Translations under genes and position numbers: made by a program | Notes under the pieces: generated by a model | Told to the model about the DNA's origin: nothing | What the model saw: only the letters and a program-made list of their open reading frames with translations | Database searches by the model: none | Assembly: GCA_041640655.1 (NCBI GenBank) | Contig: JBEPZV010000008.1 | Span: forward strand, 18,512 to 82,511 | DNA length: 64,000 nt | Origin: a bacterium | GTDB lineage: Bacteria > Acidobacteriota > Blastocatellia > HR10 | Direction: 5' to 3' | In this document: piece after piece, positions 37,426 to 52,058 of the stretch | How positions within the stretch are numbered: position 1 is the stretch's first letter | Layout: each line of letters begins with the position of its first letter

Positions 37426-37836
37426 ATGGCCATCGGCATTCACATCCTCGGTGAGCTGTATGGTGTCAATCGTCAAACCCTCAGCCGCGTCGAACATCTG
37501 GAGCCACTCCTGCTGAAAATTCTCCGCGATCACGATTTCAAGATCCTCGCCAGTTCCTTCCATCAGTTTCATCCCTTCGGCGTCACCGGTTTCGTCCTCC
37601 TGGCGGAGTCGCATGTGAGCGTGCACACGTGGCCGGAAGAAGCCTACATCGCGCTGGACATCTTCAGCTGTAGCTCCGAAGAGCAGGCCCTGCGCGCGTT
37701 CGAGGCGATCTGCAAGGAGTTGGCTCCGGTGGAGGTGGATCGAAAGATCATTGATCGGGGCGTGTCATGGAGAAGCCTGGGAGTATTCTCCTCACCATCC
37801 TACGAGACGGTCAGCGGAGCTTGTGGGACATCCTGA
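37426..37836 (+). CDS. speD: S-adenosylmethionine decarboxylase proenzyme (class 1B)
   Basis: FHQFHPFGVTGFVLLAESHVSVHTWPE...DIFSC (ESH cleavage site); C-terminal tail overlaps next gene by 70 bp. Confidence 0.93.
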   Translation: MAIGIHILGELYGVNRQTLSRVEHLEPLLLKILRDHDFKILASSFHQFHPFGVTGFVLLAESHVSVHTWPEEAYIALDIFSCSSEEQALRAFEAICKELAPVEVDRKIIDRGVSWRSLGVFSSPSYETVSGACGTS

Positions 37837-38816
37837 GCCGCTGGCCCTATTCGATTCGCGAACTGCGGGAGACTCTCGAACGTCTTCACGCTGAGGGGTG
37901 GATCGAACGGTCAGGCGATCGGTGGGCGGAGATTCGCCTGACCGAACGGGGACGCGAGGCCAGTCGAGCTCTGGCCGGAGTGGAAGACGAAGGCGGGGCC
38001 TGTCCCGCCTGTGAGGGCAAGGGGATTCGTCTCCCCGAAGCGTGGTGGCGTCGCTTTCGTGAGTTGACCGAGGAGCGCCCGCTGCCGGTGGCCGAATATG
38101 ATCAGGGCTTCATGCGTCCGGAAGACGCTGTGGCGCGCGTCGCCTTCATGCATCGAATGGGCGATGTGGCTGATCGCGAGATCGTGCTCATCGGCGACGA
38201 CGACCTGGTCAGCATCGCCCTGGCGGTGACCGGACTGCCCCGCCGCATCGTGGTCATTGACGTGGACGAACGCCTGGGCGCGTTCATCGAGCGCGTGAAT
38301 CGCGAACAGCGATTCGCCATCGAGTTTCGCCCCCTCGATATCCGGCGTCCACTCCCGCCGGATCTCACCCAGCGCTTTGACGTCTTCGTCACCGATCCGG
38401 TGGAGACCGTGCCGGGATTCGAGTTGTTCCTCTCGCGGGCGGCCGCCAGTCTGCGCGGCCGCTACGCAGCCGGCTACTTCGGATTGACGACGCTCGAGGC
38501 CTCGCTCTCGAAATGGCACCGCCTTCAGCAGCTCGTGCTCCGAATGAACTTCGTCATCACGGATCTCCTGCGCGATTTCAGCCTCTACCCCGAGCGCGAG
38601 AATCGGTGGGAACGATTCTACGCGAGCTATGCCATGATGTCGCTCTTTCATATCGAGGGGCACCTGCCCGACCGCGATTGGTACCGCTCTTCGTTCTTCC
38701 GCATCGAGGCGATCGCGCCGCCGCAGCCCACGATCCTCGGAGAATGCGCCCTCTCGGAGACGGAGCTGTATTTCGATGAGGAGACTCTGGCCACGCCTCG
38801 CGCCAGCGTGAGTTGA
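37767..38816 (+). CDS. bpsA: Branched-chain polyamine synthase (N4-bis(aminopropyl)spermidine synthase, DUF43)
   Basis: CPACEGKG, RPLPVAEYDQG, GDDDLVSIAL, DVDERL, FDVFVTDPVET, GYFGLT; directly follows speD. Confidence 0.85.
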   Translation: MEKPGSILLTILRDGQRSLWDILSRWPYSIRELRETLERLHAEGWIERSGDRWAEIRLTERGREASRALAGVEDEGGACPACEGKGIRLPEAWWRRFRELTEERPLPVAEYDQGFMRPEDAVARVAFMHRMGDVADREIVLIGDDDLVSIALAVTGLPRRIVVIDVDERLGAFIERVNREQRFAIEFRPLDIRRPLPPDLTQRFDVFVTDPVETVPGFELFLSRAAASLRGRYAAGYFGLTTLEASLSKWHRLQQLVLRMNFVITDLLRDFSLYPERENRWERFYASYAMMSLFHIEGHLPDRDWYRSSFFRIEAIAPPQPTILGECALSETELYFDEETLATPRASVS

Positions 38817-38820
38817 AGCG

Positions 38821-41115
<2,295 letters not shown>

Positions 41116-41117
41116 GG

Positions 41118-41591
41118 ATGAGCAGGGGTCGCATCGAGCATTCTTCCGACGTTCACGAGAAGAGCGCGCCTGCCCCTGCCTCGGAGTGGGAACGCGCCTC
41201 GATGATCCTCGGCGTGGCCGTGCGCGCGCTGCTGCCGTTGCTGTTGCTGTTCTCGATCTTCCTGCTTCTGCGAGGTCACCATGCGCCGGGAGGGGGATTC
41301 GTCGGCGGACTCGTCGCGGCGGCCGCCGTGGCGCTCTACGCTTTAGCGCATGGGGCGACGGCGGCGCAACAGCTGTTGCGCTTCTCTCCTCGAGAACTGA
41401 TCGCCGCCGGGCTCATGACGGCCTTCGCCAGTGGTCTGGTGGGGCCGCTCACGGGAGCCCCCTTTCTCACCGGGCGCTGGGCGAAGGTGGGCCATCTGGA
41501 GTTGGGGACGCCGCTGCTCTTCGACGTCGGCGTGTACCTGGTCGTCATCGGCGTCACCCTCTGGATCATTCTGACGCTCGCGGAGGAATGA
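41118..41591 (+). CDS. mrpB: Na+/H+ antiporter subunit B
   Basis: [25 protein letters not shown]; start uncertain. Confidence 0.92.
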   Translation: MSRGRIEHSSDVHEKSAPAPASEWERASMILGVAVRALLPLLLLFSIFLLLRGHHAPGGGFVGGLVAAAAVALYALAHGATAAQQLLRFSPRELIAAGLMTAFASGLVGPLTGAPFLTGRWAKVGHLELGTPLLFDVGVYLVVIGVTLWIILTLAEE

Positions 41592-41593
41592 GC

Positions 41594-41941
41594 ATGGAAC
41601 TGCTGCTGGCCGTCGTCATTGGAAGCCTGTACGCGACGGGCCTTTACATGCTGCTGCGGCGCAGCGTCGTGAAGCTCATCATCGGGCTGGGCCTCCTCTC
41701 CAATGGGAGCAATCTGCTGATCTTCACCATGGGCCGCCTGGTTCGCGGTCGGCCTCCCATTGTCCCCGAAGGCGAGTCGAGCGTTCCCCCTCCCTTTGCG
41801 GATCCCCTCCCACAGGCGCTCATCCTGACGGCTATCGTCATCAGCTTCGGCGTGCTCGCCTTCGCGCTCGTGCTCATTCATCGCGCGTATCAAAAGGTTG
41901 GGACGGATGACCTCGATGACTTGAAGACGACCGACACGTGA
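41594..41941 (+). CDS. mrpC: Na+/H+ antiporter subunit C
   Basis: [17 protein letters not shown]. Confidence 0.94.
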   Translation: MELLLAVVIGSLYATGLYMLLRRSVVKLIIGLGLLSNGSNLLIFTMGRLVRGRPPIVPEGESSVPPPFADPLPQALILTAIVISFGVLAFALVLIHRAYQKVGTDDLDDLKTTDT

Positions 41942-41959
41942 CGTCTGGAGAAACGCCCC

Positions 41960-43483
41960 ATGCGGCTCATCCTCCCCATCGCGATCCCGTTGGTGACGGC
42001 GATCCTCGGGCTCGTCGTCTGGCGATGGCGGACGGCGCAGCGCGGACTGGGTGTTGCCGGAGCGGCCGCCTTGCTCATAGCTTCCCTCGAGCTCCTGAAG
42101 AGCGTGTGGCAGCAGGGGCCGCAGGCGACATGGATCGGGAATTGGCCCGCGCCCTTCGGTATCACGCTGATTGCGGACCTGCTGAGCGCGATCATGGTCG
42201 TGCTGGCCGCCGTGATCGGTCTCGCCGTCGCCCTCTATTCGCTCGCGCACATAGACCCGGCGCGTGAGGCCTTCGGCTATTATCCCCTCCTTCACATTCT
42301 CCTCATGGGCGTGTGCGGCGCCTTTTTGACGGGCGATCTCTTCAACCTCTACGTCTGGTTCGAGGTCATGCTCATGGCGTCCTTCGTTCTCCTGGCCCTG
42401 GGTGGAGAGCGCGCCCAACTGGAGGGCGCGATCAAGTACGTCACGCTCAATCTGATGGCCTCGGCGTTCTTTCTGACGGCCGTCGGGCTACTCTATGGGG
42501 TCGTAGGGACGTTGAACATGGCCGATGTCGCGCTGAAGATTCGCCCGCTCGCGTCGTCCTGGATCACGAGGTCCATAGCGTTTCTGCTGCTGACGGCCTT
42601 CGGGATCAAAGCGGCCATCTTCCCCCTCTTCTTCTGGCTCCCGGCCTCCTACCACACCCCTCCGGTCGCCGTCTCGGCCGTTTTCGCCGGACTGCTCACG
42701 AAGGTGGGCGTTTATGCGCTTCTTCGCGTCTTCACGCTGATCTTTCCCGATGACGGGCGGACAATTCCCACCGTGATCCTCGCGCTCTCCGCCCTCACAA
42801 TGCTCACGGGCGTCTTGGGAGCCGTGGCCCATGGCGAATTCCGACGCATCCTCTCGTTTCACATCATCAGCCAGATCGGGTATATGATCCTGGGGCTCGG
42901 GCTCTTCACGACGGCCGGGCTCGCGGGCTCGATCTTCTACATCATCCACCACATCGTCGTCAAAACCAACCTCTTCCTCGTCAGCGGCCTCGCTCACGCC
43001 GTGCATGGCAGTTTCGATCTGAGTCGGCTCGGCGGCCTCTATCGAACGCATCCGGGTCTGGCAGTGCTCTTCCTGATCCCCGCTCTCTCCTTGGCGGGTC
43101 TGCCACCGCTGTCGGGATTCTTCGCGAAACTGCTTCTGGTCCGCGCCGGCCTGCACGCGGAGCAGTGGGGGATCGTCGCCGTTGCTCTCGGAGTGAGCTT
43201 GCTGACCCTGCTCTCCATGATGAAGATCTGGGCGGAAGTGTTTTGGAAATCCAAGGAGGCCGATCCACCGGCTGAGGATTCTCTCGCTCTGCCCGTCTCC
43301 CCTGCAGCCGAGCGCATCGGGATGCCGTCGCGATTGGGCCTTTGGTCGAGCGCCGGGCTCGCGATCTTGACGGTGATGATCGGCCTGGGCGCGGACCTGG
43401 TGCTCGCGTTCGCCGAGGCTGCTGCTGAGCAACTGCGGAATCCCGATCTCTACATCTCCACTATGCAGAGGGGGCGTCCATGA
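41960..43483 (+). CDS. mrpD: Na+/H+ antiporter subunit D
   Basis: [48 protein letters not shown]. Confidence 0.95.
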   Translation: MRLILPIAIPLVTAILGLVVWRWRTAQRGLGVAGAAALLIASLELLKSVWQQGPQATWIGNWPAPFGITLIADLLSAIMVVLAAVIGLAVALYSLAHIDPAREAFGYYPLLHILLMGVCGAFLTGDLFNLYVWFEVMLMASFVLLALGGERAQLEGAIKYVTLNLMASAFFLTAVGLLYGVVGTLNMADVALKIRPLASSWITRSIAFLLLTAFGIKAAIFPLFFWLPASYHTPPVAVSAVFAGLLTKVGVYALLRVFTLIFPDDGRTIPTVILALSALTMLTGVLGAVAHGEFRRILSFHIISQIGYMILGLGLFTTAGLAGSIFYIIHHIVVKTNLFLVSGLAHAVHGSFDLSRLGGLYRTHPGLAVLFLIPALSLAGLPPLSGFFAKLLLVRAGLHAEQWGIVAVALGVSLLTLLSMMKIWAEVFWKSKEADPPAEDSLALPVSPAAERIGMPSRLGLWSSAGLAILTVMIGLGADLVLAFAEAAAEQLRNPDLYISTMQRGRP

Positions 43484-43956
43484 CCTTCCTTGTGTGGAAT
43501 CTCCTGTTGGCCCTCGCCTGGGTCGTGCTGACAGGGCGCTTCACGCCGGGGAACTTCCTGGCCGGGCTCGTGCTCGGCTACGGCGCGTTGCTCTTCGCGC
43601 ATCGGGCCCTTGCAGGCCCCTCGCCGTATTTTCGCAAGGTCCCGCATGTGCTGGGTCTCGTTCTCTTCTTCTTGTGGGAACTGATCCTCTCCAGCCTGCG
43701 CGTGGCCTACGATGTGCTCACGCCGACGCACCACATGCGTCCGGGGATCGTGGGGATTCCTCTGGATCTCCGCACGGAGGTAGAGATCACTCTCTTGGCG
43801 AATCTGATCACACTGACGCCGGGGACCCTCAGCCTGGAGGTCTCTCCAGACCGGCGCACGCTCTATATTCACGTCATGTACATTGACGATGCGGATGCCG
43901 TGCGCCGCAGGGTGAAGGAGGGGTTTGAACGGCGCATTCTGGAGGTGTTGCGATGA
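43480..43956 (+). CDS. mrpE: Na+/H+ antiporter subunit E
   Basis: [17 protein letters not shown]. Confidence 0.93.
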   Translation: MTFLVWNLLLALAWVVLTGRFTPGNFLAGLVLGYGALLFAHRALAGPSPYFRKVPHVLGLVLFFLWELILSSLRVAYDVLTPTHHMRPGIVGIPLDLRTEVEITLLANLITLTPGTLSLEVSPDRRTLYIHVMYIDDADAVRRRVKEGFERRILEVLR

Positions 43957-44219
43957 CGCAGGGCGCGTCCTGGCTCGCTCTTGGCATGCTTCTGCTGGCT
44001 CTCTTTCTGGCCTTCATTCGCTTGCTGAGAGGGCCAACCCTGCCGGATCGCGTCATCGCCCTGGATTTCATGGCCACACTCGGCGTGGGGATAAGCGCCG
44101 TCTACGCTCTGGCAGTGCAAAACCCTGTCTTCCTGGACATCGCCGTTCTCCTGGCGCTCATCTCCTTCTTGAGCACCATCGCCTTCGCGCAATACGTGCG
44201 GAAGCGAGGGACACCATGA
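43953..44219 (+). CDS. mrpF: Na+/H+ antiporter subunit F
   Basis: RGPTLPDRVIALD. Confidence 0.93.
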   Translation: MTQGASWLALGMLLLALFLAFIRLLRGPTLPDRVIALDFMATLGVGISAVYALAVQNPVFLDIAVLLALISFLSTIAFAQYVRKRGTP

Positions 44220-44587
44220 GCGCGTACCTCGTGGCCGGACTTCTGCTCGGCGGAGCGGCCTTCATGCTCATCGCGGCCGTGGGCCTCATCCGCATGCCTG
44301 ACCTCTTCACGCGCATGCATGCGACATCGAAAGCGGGATCACTCGGGGCCGGACTGATCCTCGTCGCCGTCGCCCTCTACTATGGCGATCTCGGCATCTC
44401 AGCTCGCGCGCTGGCCACCATCGCCTTCATCCTCCTGACGGCGCCGATCGCAGCTCATGTCATCGGCCGCGCCGCATATTTCGTCGGCGTCCCCTTCTGG
44501 GAGGGGACACTGATGGATGAGCTTCGCGCCTCCCGCCTCACGAAGGCGACTGGGACCGTTCCTGAAGAGCCGTCGCCCTCCCCGTGA
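44216..44587 (+). CDS. mrpG: Na+/H+ antiporter subunit G
   Basis: GLIRMPDLFTRMHATSK, TAPIAAH. Confidence 0.93.
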   Translation: MSAYLVAGLLLGGAAFMLIAAVGLIRMPDLFTRMHATSKAGSLGAGLILVAVALYYGDLGISARALATIAFILLTAPIAAHVIGRAAYFVGVPFWEGTLMDELRASRLTKATGTVPEEPSPSP

Positions 44588-44605
44588 TCCCGCTTCGCGG
44601 GCTCT

Positions 44606-45226
44606 TCAGGTGCGCTCGCGGAATTTGATCGTGCAGCCGATGCTCTTGGTCTGTGCGACCGGAATGGGTTGGCCCGCCAGGAGCGCCTCGATGGCGTTCT
44701 TGACATAGCGCTCTCGCACGGCCTCCGGATTGCGGGCGTTATCGTCCAGCGCGCCGGTGTAGACGAGCTTCCCCGCTGCATCGAAGAGGAAGAATTCGGG
44801 CGTATGCGTGGCCCCGAAGGCGCGCGCCACATCGCTGGTCGCATCCACGACGTAGGGGAAGGTGAACCCCCGCTCCTTGGCCCGCTGCTGCATCACTTCG
44901 TAACTATCCTCAGGACTCTTCGTCGGATCGTTCGAATTGATCATGATCACCCCGATGCCCTGCTTCTGGGCCCAATTGCCCACCTCCGCGATGCGCGTCT
45001 CCCATGCCTTGACCCATGGGCAGGAGTTGCAGGAGAAGATCACGAGCGTGCCTTTGGGCCCTTTGACATCGGCGATGGAGAGCCGCTCCCCGTTGATGTT
45101 GAGCATCTTGACGTTCACGACCGAAGACGGGATCGCGTCCCCGGGCTTGAGCTTCGGCGTGTTCTGAGCGAAGGCGATCACAGCCACGGCCATCACTGTG
45201 ATTCCGACGGAAACGAATCGCTTCAT
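44606..45226 (-). CDS. Exported thioredoxin-fold redoxin (AhpC/TSA-like)
   Basis: Signal peptide, CNSCPWV, INSND, FGATHTPEFF, GCTIK. Confidence 0.88.
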   Translation of the reverse strand: MKRFVSVGITVMAVAVIAFAQNTPKLKPGDAIPSSVVNVKMLNINGERLSIADVKGPKGTLVIFSCNSCPWVKAWETRIAEVGNWAQKQGIGVIMINSNDPTKSPEDSYEVMQQRAKERGFTFPYVVDATSDVARAFGATHTPEFFLFDAAGKLVYTGALDDNARNPEAVRERYVKNAIEALLAGQPIPVAQTKSIGCTIKFRERT

Positions 45227-45238
45227 AGACCGACCTCC

Positions 45239-45778
45239 TCACATGGGATTCTTCAACACGTCTTGGATCAATCGCTCGAAGAGGGCGAAATCTCCCTTGC
45301 CCTCGTGAAAATGGCGCAATCGGCCTTGGGCGTCGTAGACGAACGTGGCCGGGAGGGCGCCCGACCACTCCGGATGGAGCGTATTGATGAAGGCGGTGTC
45401 GTCGTCCTGAGCCTTGAAGAACGTCGGGAAATCCACGCCCTGCTGGCGCAAGAATCGGCGCACGGCCGGAAGCTCCGAATCGAAGTCCACCGAGACGAAG
45501 AAGACGCGCACGCCCTTATCCCGATACGCTTTCTCCAGACGGACCAAGTCCGGGAATTCCTCGACGCAGGGTTGGCAAAACGTCGCCCAGAGATTGACGA
45601 CCGTCACGCGGGCCTTTCCATCGCGCACGCGCTCAAGCAGCTCCGCGGCCGTGACGGGGAGAATCGGAGCGCCGTCCCGCTGGGGCCTCGTCGATAGCGG
45701 CCGGGTCTGCTCCGAACGTCCGGCCCCCGCGAGTCCGAGGACTAAGGCCAAGCCGATCATCCCGATTGCGCGCCGCAT
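45239..45778 (-). CDS. TlpA/ResA-family disulfide reductase
   Basis: Signal peptide, VVNLWATFCQPCVEEFP, GALPAT. Confidence 0.9.
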   Translation of the reverse strand: MRRAIGMIGLALVLGLAGAGRSEQTRPLSTRPQRDGAPILPVTAAELLERVRDGKARVTVVNLWATFCQPCVEEFPDLVRLEKAYRDKGVRVFFVSVDFDSELPAVRRFLRQQGVDFPTFFKAQDDDTAFINTLHPEWSGALPATFVYDAQGRLRHFHEGKGDFALFERLIQDVLKNPM

Positions 45779-45805
45779 ACCTTCCCTCCCGCAGGACTAC
45801 GCCTT

Positions 45806-45837
45806 GTAAAACGTTCGGAGGAGACCTTCCGGTTACG
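45806..45837 (-). promoter_or_regulatory. Putative ECF sigma-dependent promoter
   Basis: CGTAACCGGAAGGTCTCCTCCGAACGTTTTAC; same boxes and spacing as 3900-3931. Confidence 0.7.
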
Positions 45838-45900
45838 GCGAAATCCCGCGCCGAAGAAGCCGGACATTCCCCACCCGGTGAAAGCGCTGTGGGATCAAAC

Positions 45901-46752
45901 CTATAGGGTCGTCAGCTTCAGACTGATGTCGGCGGCGGGCGCCGAATGGGTCAACGCCCCGATGGAGATGAAATCCACGCCTGCTTCGGCATAGGCCCGC
46001 ACGTTCTCGAGCGTGATGCCCCCGGAGGCCTCCACGAGCACTTCCGGCGCCTGTTCGCGGATGAGGCGCACGGCCTCGCGCACCATCTCCGGCGACATAT
46101 TATCGAGCAGGATGATGTCGGCCCGGGCTTCGAGGGCCTCCCGCAGATCGTCCATAGTGGAGACCTCGACCTCGATCTTGTGCATGTGCCCAGCGTGCTT
46201 GCGCGCGCGCTCGATGGCCGTGCGCACGCTTCCGGCCAGCGCGATATGGTTGTCCTTGATCAGGATGCCATCATCGAGTCCGAACCGATGATTGCGCCCC
46301 CCGCCGACGAGCACGGCGTATTTCTGGAGCATGCGCAGGCCGGGAAGCGTCTTCCGCGTATCCACGATCTGGGCTCGGGTTCCGGCAATAGCCTCGACGA
46401 AAGCGCGCGTCAACGTCGCGATGCCCGAGAGATGCTGCAAGAGATTGAGCGCCGTGCGTTCGGCCATAAGCAGCACCTCGGCCGGCCCATCCACGCGCGC
46501 GAAGACCTCGCCCGCGCGCACGCGATCCCCATCGGTCACGAACGCCTCGATCTCCACCGAGGAGTCGAGCACGGCGAAGACCGCATCGGCGACCTCCAAT
46601 CCAGCGACGACCAGCTCCTGCTTGGCGATGAATCGGCCGCGCGCTCGCACGCCGGGCAGGACGACGGCCTCGGTCGTGATGTCGCCCCGACCGACGTCCT
46701 CGGCCAGGAAATCTCCCGCCAGTTTGAAGAGATCGGATGGATTGAGTCGCAT
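45901..46752 (-). CDS. nadC: Quinolinate phosphoribosyltransferase
   Basis: ED...GDITT, ERTALN, DTRKTLPG, NHRFGL, LIKDNH, LLDNM, EASGGI. Confidence 0.96.
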   Translation of the reverse strand: MRLNPSDLFKLAGDFLAEDVGRGDITTEAVVLPGVRARGRFIAKQELVVAGLEVADAVFAVLDSSVEIEAFVTDGDRVRAGEVFARVDGPAEVLLMAERTALNLLQHLSGIATLTRAFVEAIAGTRAQIVDTRKTLPGLRMLQKYAVLVGGGRNHRFGLDDGILIKDNHIALAGSVRTAIERARKHAGHMHKIEVEVSTMDDLREALEARADIILLDNMSPEMVREAVRLIREQAPEVLVEASGGITLENVRAYAEAGVDFISIGALTHSAPAADISLKLTTL

Positions 46753-46786
46753 CGCGTCCTCCTCGCGCCGGAAAAGCCCTGGGGTC

Positions 46787-49474
<2,688 letters not shown>

Positions 49475-49619
49475 CCTCCCTCAAAAAAATCGGGGATCGC
49501 GCGCGACTTCATCGGCTGATCCCCTGTGAGAGAAGCGCTGGCACGGGCGAACCGCTCATCTCGCCCGCACGAGCGATCTCGAACCCTCGTGGTGGTCGCG
49601 GTCCAGACCGACCCCCATC

Positions 49620-50798
49620 TCACTTCTTCTCCGGCTTCTTCTTGTCCTCCTTCTTCTCCTTGCCCGTGGCGTCGGACGGTTTCCCTCCACCAGACGCCGA
49701 TGTTTCGGAGCCGGACGTCACGCCGATGCGCAATTCCTGCCGCCCCTGGGCCGTGCCGCTGGCACCCGCCGGAGCTGCCGGTCCGACGACCACCGTCGTG
49801 GCCTGTGGCGTGACAACGGTTGGCGTCGGCAGGAGCGCGGTCGCCGACGCGATCAACTCCTCAGCCGTCTCTCCGCGCTTCAGGAGTACGCCCTCTTTGG
49901 GGACATCCAGGTCCACAATCCCCAGGACAGTCTTCACCTTCCCCCACATCGCGCTCAGGAAGCCCTTGTTCACCGATCCATCAGTGCGGGCGATCTCAGC
50001 CGGATCCACCTCTGGCACGGGCTTGCCGATGCGCTCCAGCATCTCGGCGGCCTGACGCCGATATTCGCTGTTGGGGAACTCGCGCACGAGCCACGCGAAG
50101 TATTTGGCCGCCTCCTCCGGCTCCTCTTCCTTGAAGAGGACGGTGCCGAGCCGATAGAGCGCCTCATCGAACTTGGAGTACGTGGGGTAACGCTCGACGA
50201 TCGTCATCAACCGACGCTTCGCTCCCCGCGGACGCTCGCGAATCATGTAATGGCGGGCCACATACATCTCGTGTTCGGCGAGGATCTCTCGAACGACCTT
50301 CAGCCACTGCTGCACCTCATCCTTGCGATCCGTGTTCGGATACCGTTGCAGGACGGCCAGCAACCGGCGTTCGGCCTCGCGCGTCGGCTTCTGATCCCGA
50401 TCCGGAGGTTGGATGCGCCGCATCTTCGCCAGCGCGACCTGCAAGAGCGCATCATCGGCCAGCGGGTGCGTGGGGAAGAAATTGGCGAAATCCGTGTATT
50501 CGACCTCGGCCTGCGCGAGCGCTTCCGATGTCCCCTCCAGATAGAACGAATCGGCGATAGCGAGTTTGGCGATCGGCAGATACGGACTGTCCGGATACGT
50601 CGTGATGAGCGTCTGCAGCAGCAGACGCCCGACGATGAACTTATTCTTGCTCAGCTCCGTCAGCCCCTGCTCGAACAGCTCCTTATCGCGCCCGGGACGC
50701 GCTTCCTCCAGGACGACCTTCTTCCCCCGACCACATCCACCCACCAGCAGGGCGACGAAAGCGAGCGCCGCGATCACGATCTGCCGTTTGCCCATCAT
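49620..50798 (-). CDS. bamD: Outer membrane protein assembly lipoprotein BamD
   Basis: Lipobox LVGGC, TPR repeats (YPDSPY, FFPTHP, PDRDQ, LAEHEMYVARHY). Confidence 0.87.
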   Translation of the reverse strand: MMGKRQIVIAALAFVALLVGGCGRGKKVVLEEARPGRDKELFEQGLTELSKNKFIVGRLLLQTLITTYPDSPYLPIAKLAIADSFYLEGTSEALAQAEVEYTDFANFFPTHPLADDALLQVALAKMRRIQPPDRDQKPTREAERRLLAVLQRYPNTDRKDEVQQWLKVVREILAEHEMYVARHYMIRERPRGAKRRLMTIVERYPTYSKFDEALYRLGTVLFKEEEPEEAAKYFAWLVREFPNSEYRRQAAEMLERIGKPVPEVDPAEIARTDGSVNKGFLSAMWGKVKTVLGIVDLDVPKEGVLLKRGETAEELIASATALLPTPTVVTPQATTVVVGPAAPAGASGTAQGRQELRIGVTSGSETSASGGGKPSDATGKEKKEDKKKPEKK

Positions 50799-50806
50799 GA
50801 TGCCCC

Positions 50807-51484
50807 TCAACATGTCGTTCGCCTCTCGAAACGTCGAGCTAATTCTACCATCTCCGCGACGACTTGGGCAGGGTCAGGCGCATGGAAGATGGCCGATCCG
50901 GCGACGACCATTTCGACCCCTCCTTCCAGGACATCGAGGAGATTCTCCACGCTGATCCCCCCGTCCATCTCGATCCGCGTCGGGAGGCCGCGCTCCCGAA
51001 TCATCGCGCGAAGGCGCCGCGCGCGAGCGAGCGAGGCAGGGATGAACTGCTGCCCTCCCCATCCCGGATTCACGGACATGAGCAAGACGAAATCGGCGTA
51101 CTCGAGCGCTTCCTCCACCGCCCACAGTGGCGTGGCCGGATTCAAGGCGACGCCCGCGCGACAGCCTAATTCGCGAATCCGCGCGAGCGTTCGATGCAGA
51201 TGCGGGCTCGCTTCCAAATGCACCGAGATGTAGTTCGCCCCGGCCCGCGCGAAATCCTCCAGGTATCGGTCCGGCTCGACGATCATCAAATGCACATCCA
51301 GCGGCAACGCCGTCACGCGGCGAACCGCCTCGACCACCAAGGGCCCGACGGTGATGTTGGGGACGAAGCGCCCGTCCATCACATCAATGTGAATGAGCGA
51401 GGCGCCGGCCCGCTCCACCAGAGCGATCTGCTCGCCCAAGCGCGCGAAATCCGCCGAGAGGATGGAGGGAGCGATATGAATCAT
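50807..51484 (-). CDS. rpe: Ribulose-phosphate 3-epimerase
   Basis: IAPSILSADF, HIDVMDG, DVHLM, MSVNPG, MDGG. Confidence 0.96.
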   Translation of the reverse strand: MIHIAPSILSADFARLGEQIALVERAGASLIHIDVMDGRFVPNITVGPLVVEAVRRVTALPLDVHLMIVEPDRYLEDFARAGANYISVHLEASPHLHRTLARIRELGCRAGVALNPATPLWAVEEALEYADFVLLMSVNPGWGGQQFIPASLARARRLRAMIRERGLPTRIEMDGGISVENLLDVLEGGVEMVVAGSAIFHAPDPAQVVAEMVELARRFERRTTC

Positions 51485-52020
51485 CGTTCCGGCCTTCTCC
51501 GCAGAGGGTGTTCAGCCGCTCCTTCGGGACTCTGCTCGCGCTCCCGAGCCGAGCCCAAAGGCGATGCGGAAGACGTCGGGGAGATGCGCTCCTCGTCAAG
51601 CAAAAGTGGTCGGGTCGCGGTTGACCCTTCCGATCCTCCCTCCACCGCCGGAGCTGGCTCACCAGCAGATGGAGTGCTGCGCGCGGGCGCTTCCGACGAT
51701 TGGGACGGACGAGGCCCCAGGCTCACACTGACGCGCAGCGGCTGCCCCCGCTTGACGGTCATCCCCGACGGCGGCCACTGCTCGATGATCACCCCCGCCG
51801 GATAGCGATCGTCATGCAGCGTGCTCTTCACCTCCAGCGTCAAGCCCGCGCGCTCGGCCCAACGTCTCGCCTCCGCAAGCGGCGTGCCCACCAGAGCCGG
51901 TGTGCGCACGACCGGTTGGCGCATCATCAGATACATCGTCACCGAAGCGCTCAGGGCGAAGACGATGAGCGCACCCGCCATGAGCAAGAGATGACGTCCC
52001 ACGTCGAGAAGCCGCCGCAT
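51481..52020 (-). CDS. Single-TM PASTA-domain protein
   Basis: TM then TPALVG...AGL...GVIIEQWPPSG..VKRG..LRVSVSLGP. Confidence 0.82.
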   Translation of the reverse strand: MRRLLDVGRHLLLMAGALIVFALSASVTMYLMMRQPVVRTPALVGTPLAEARRWAERAGLTLEVKSTLHDDRYPAGVIIEQWPPSGMTVKRGQPLRVSVSLGPRPSQSSEAPARSTPSAGEPAPAVEGGSEGSTATRPLLLDEERISPTSSASPLGSAREREQSPEGAAEHPLRRRPER

Positions 52021-52058
52021 CGCCCCTCCCTTGCCCGGCAAGTGTAGCACGCCTCCCT

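Noticed and set aside
49525..49620. T-box riboswitch or Val-rich leader peptide before valS
   Set aside because: GGTCTGGACCGCG only partly resembles the T-box (UGGNACC not met), there is no room for stem I, and the short ORF there is not Val-rich
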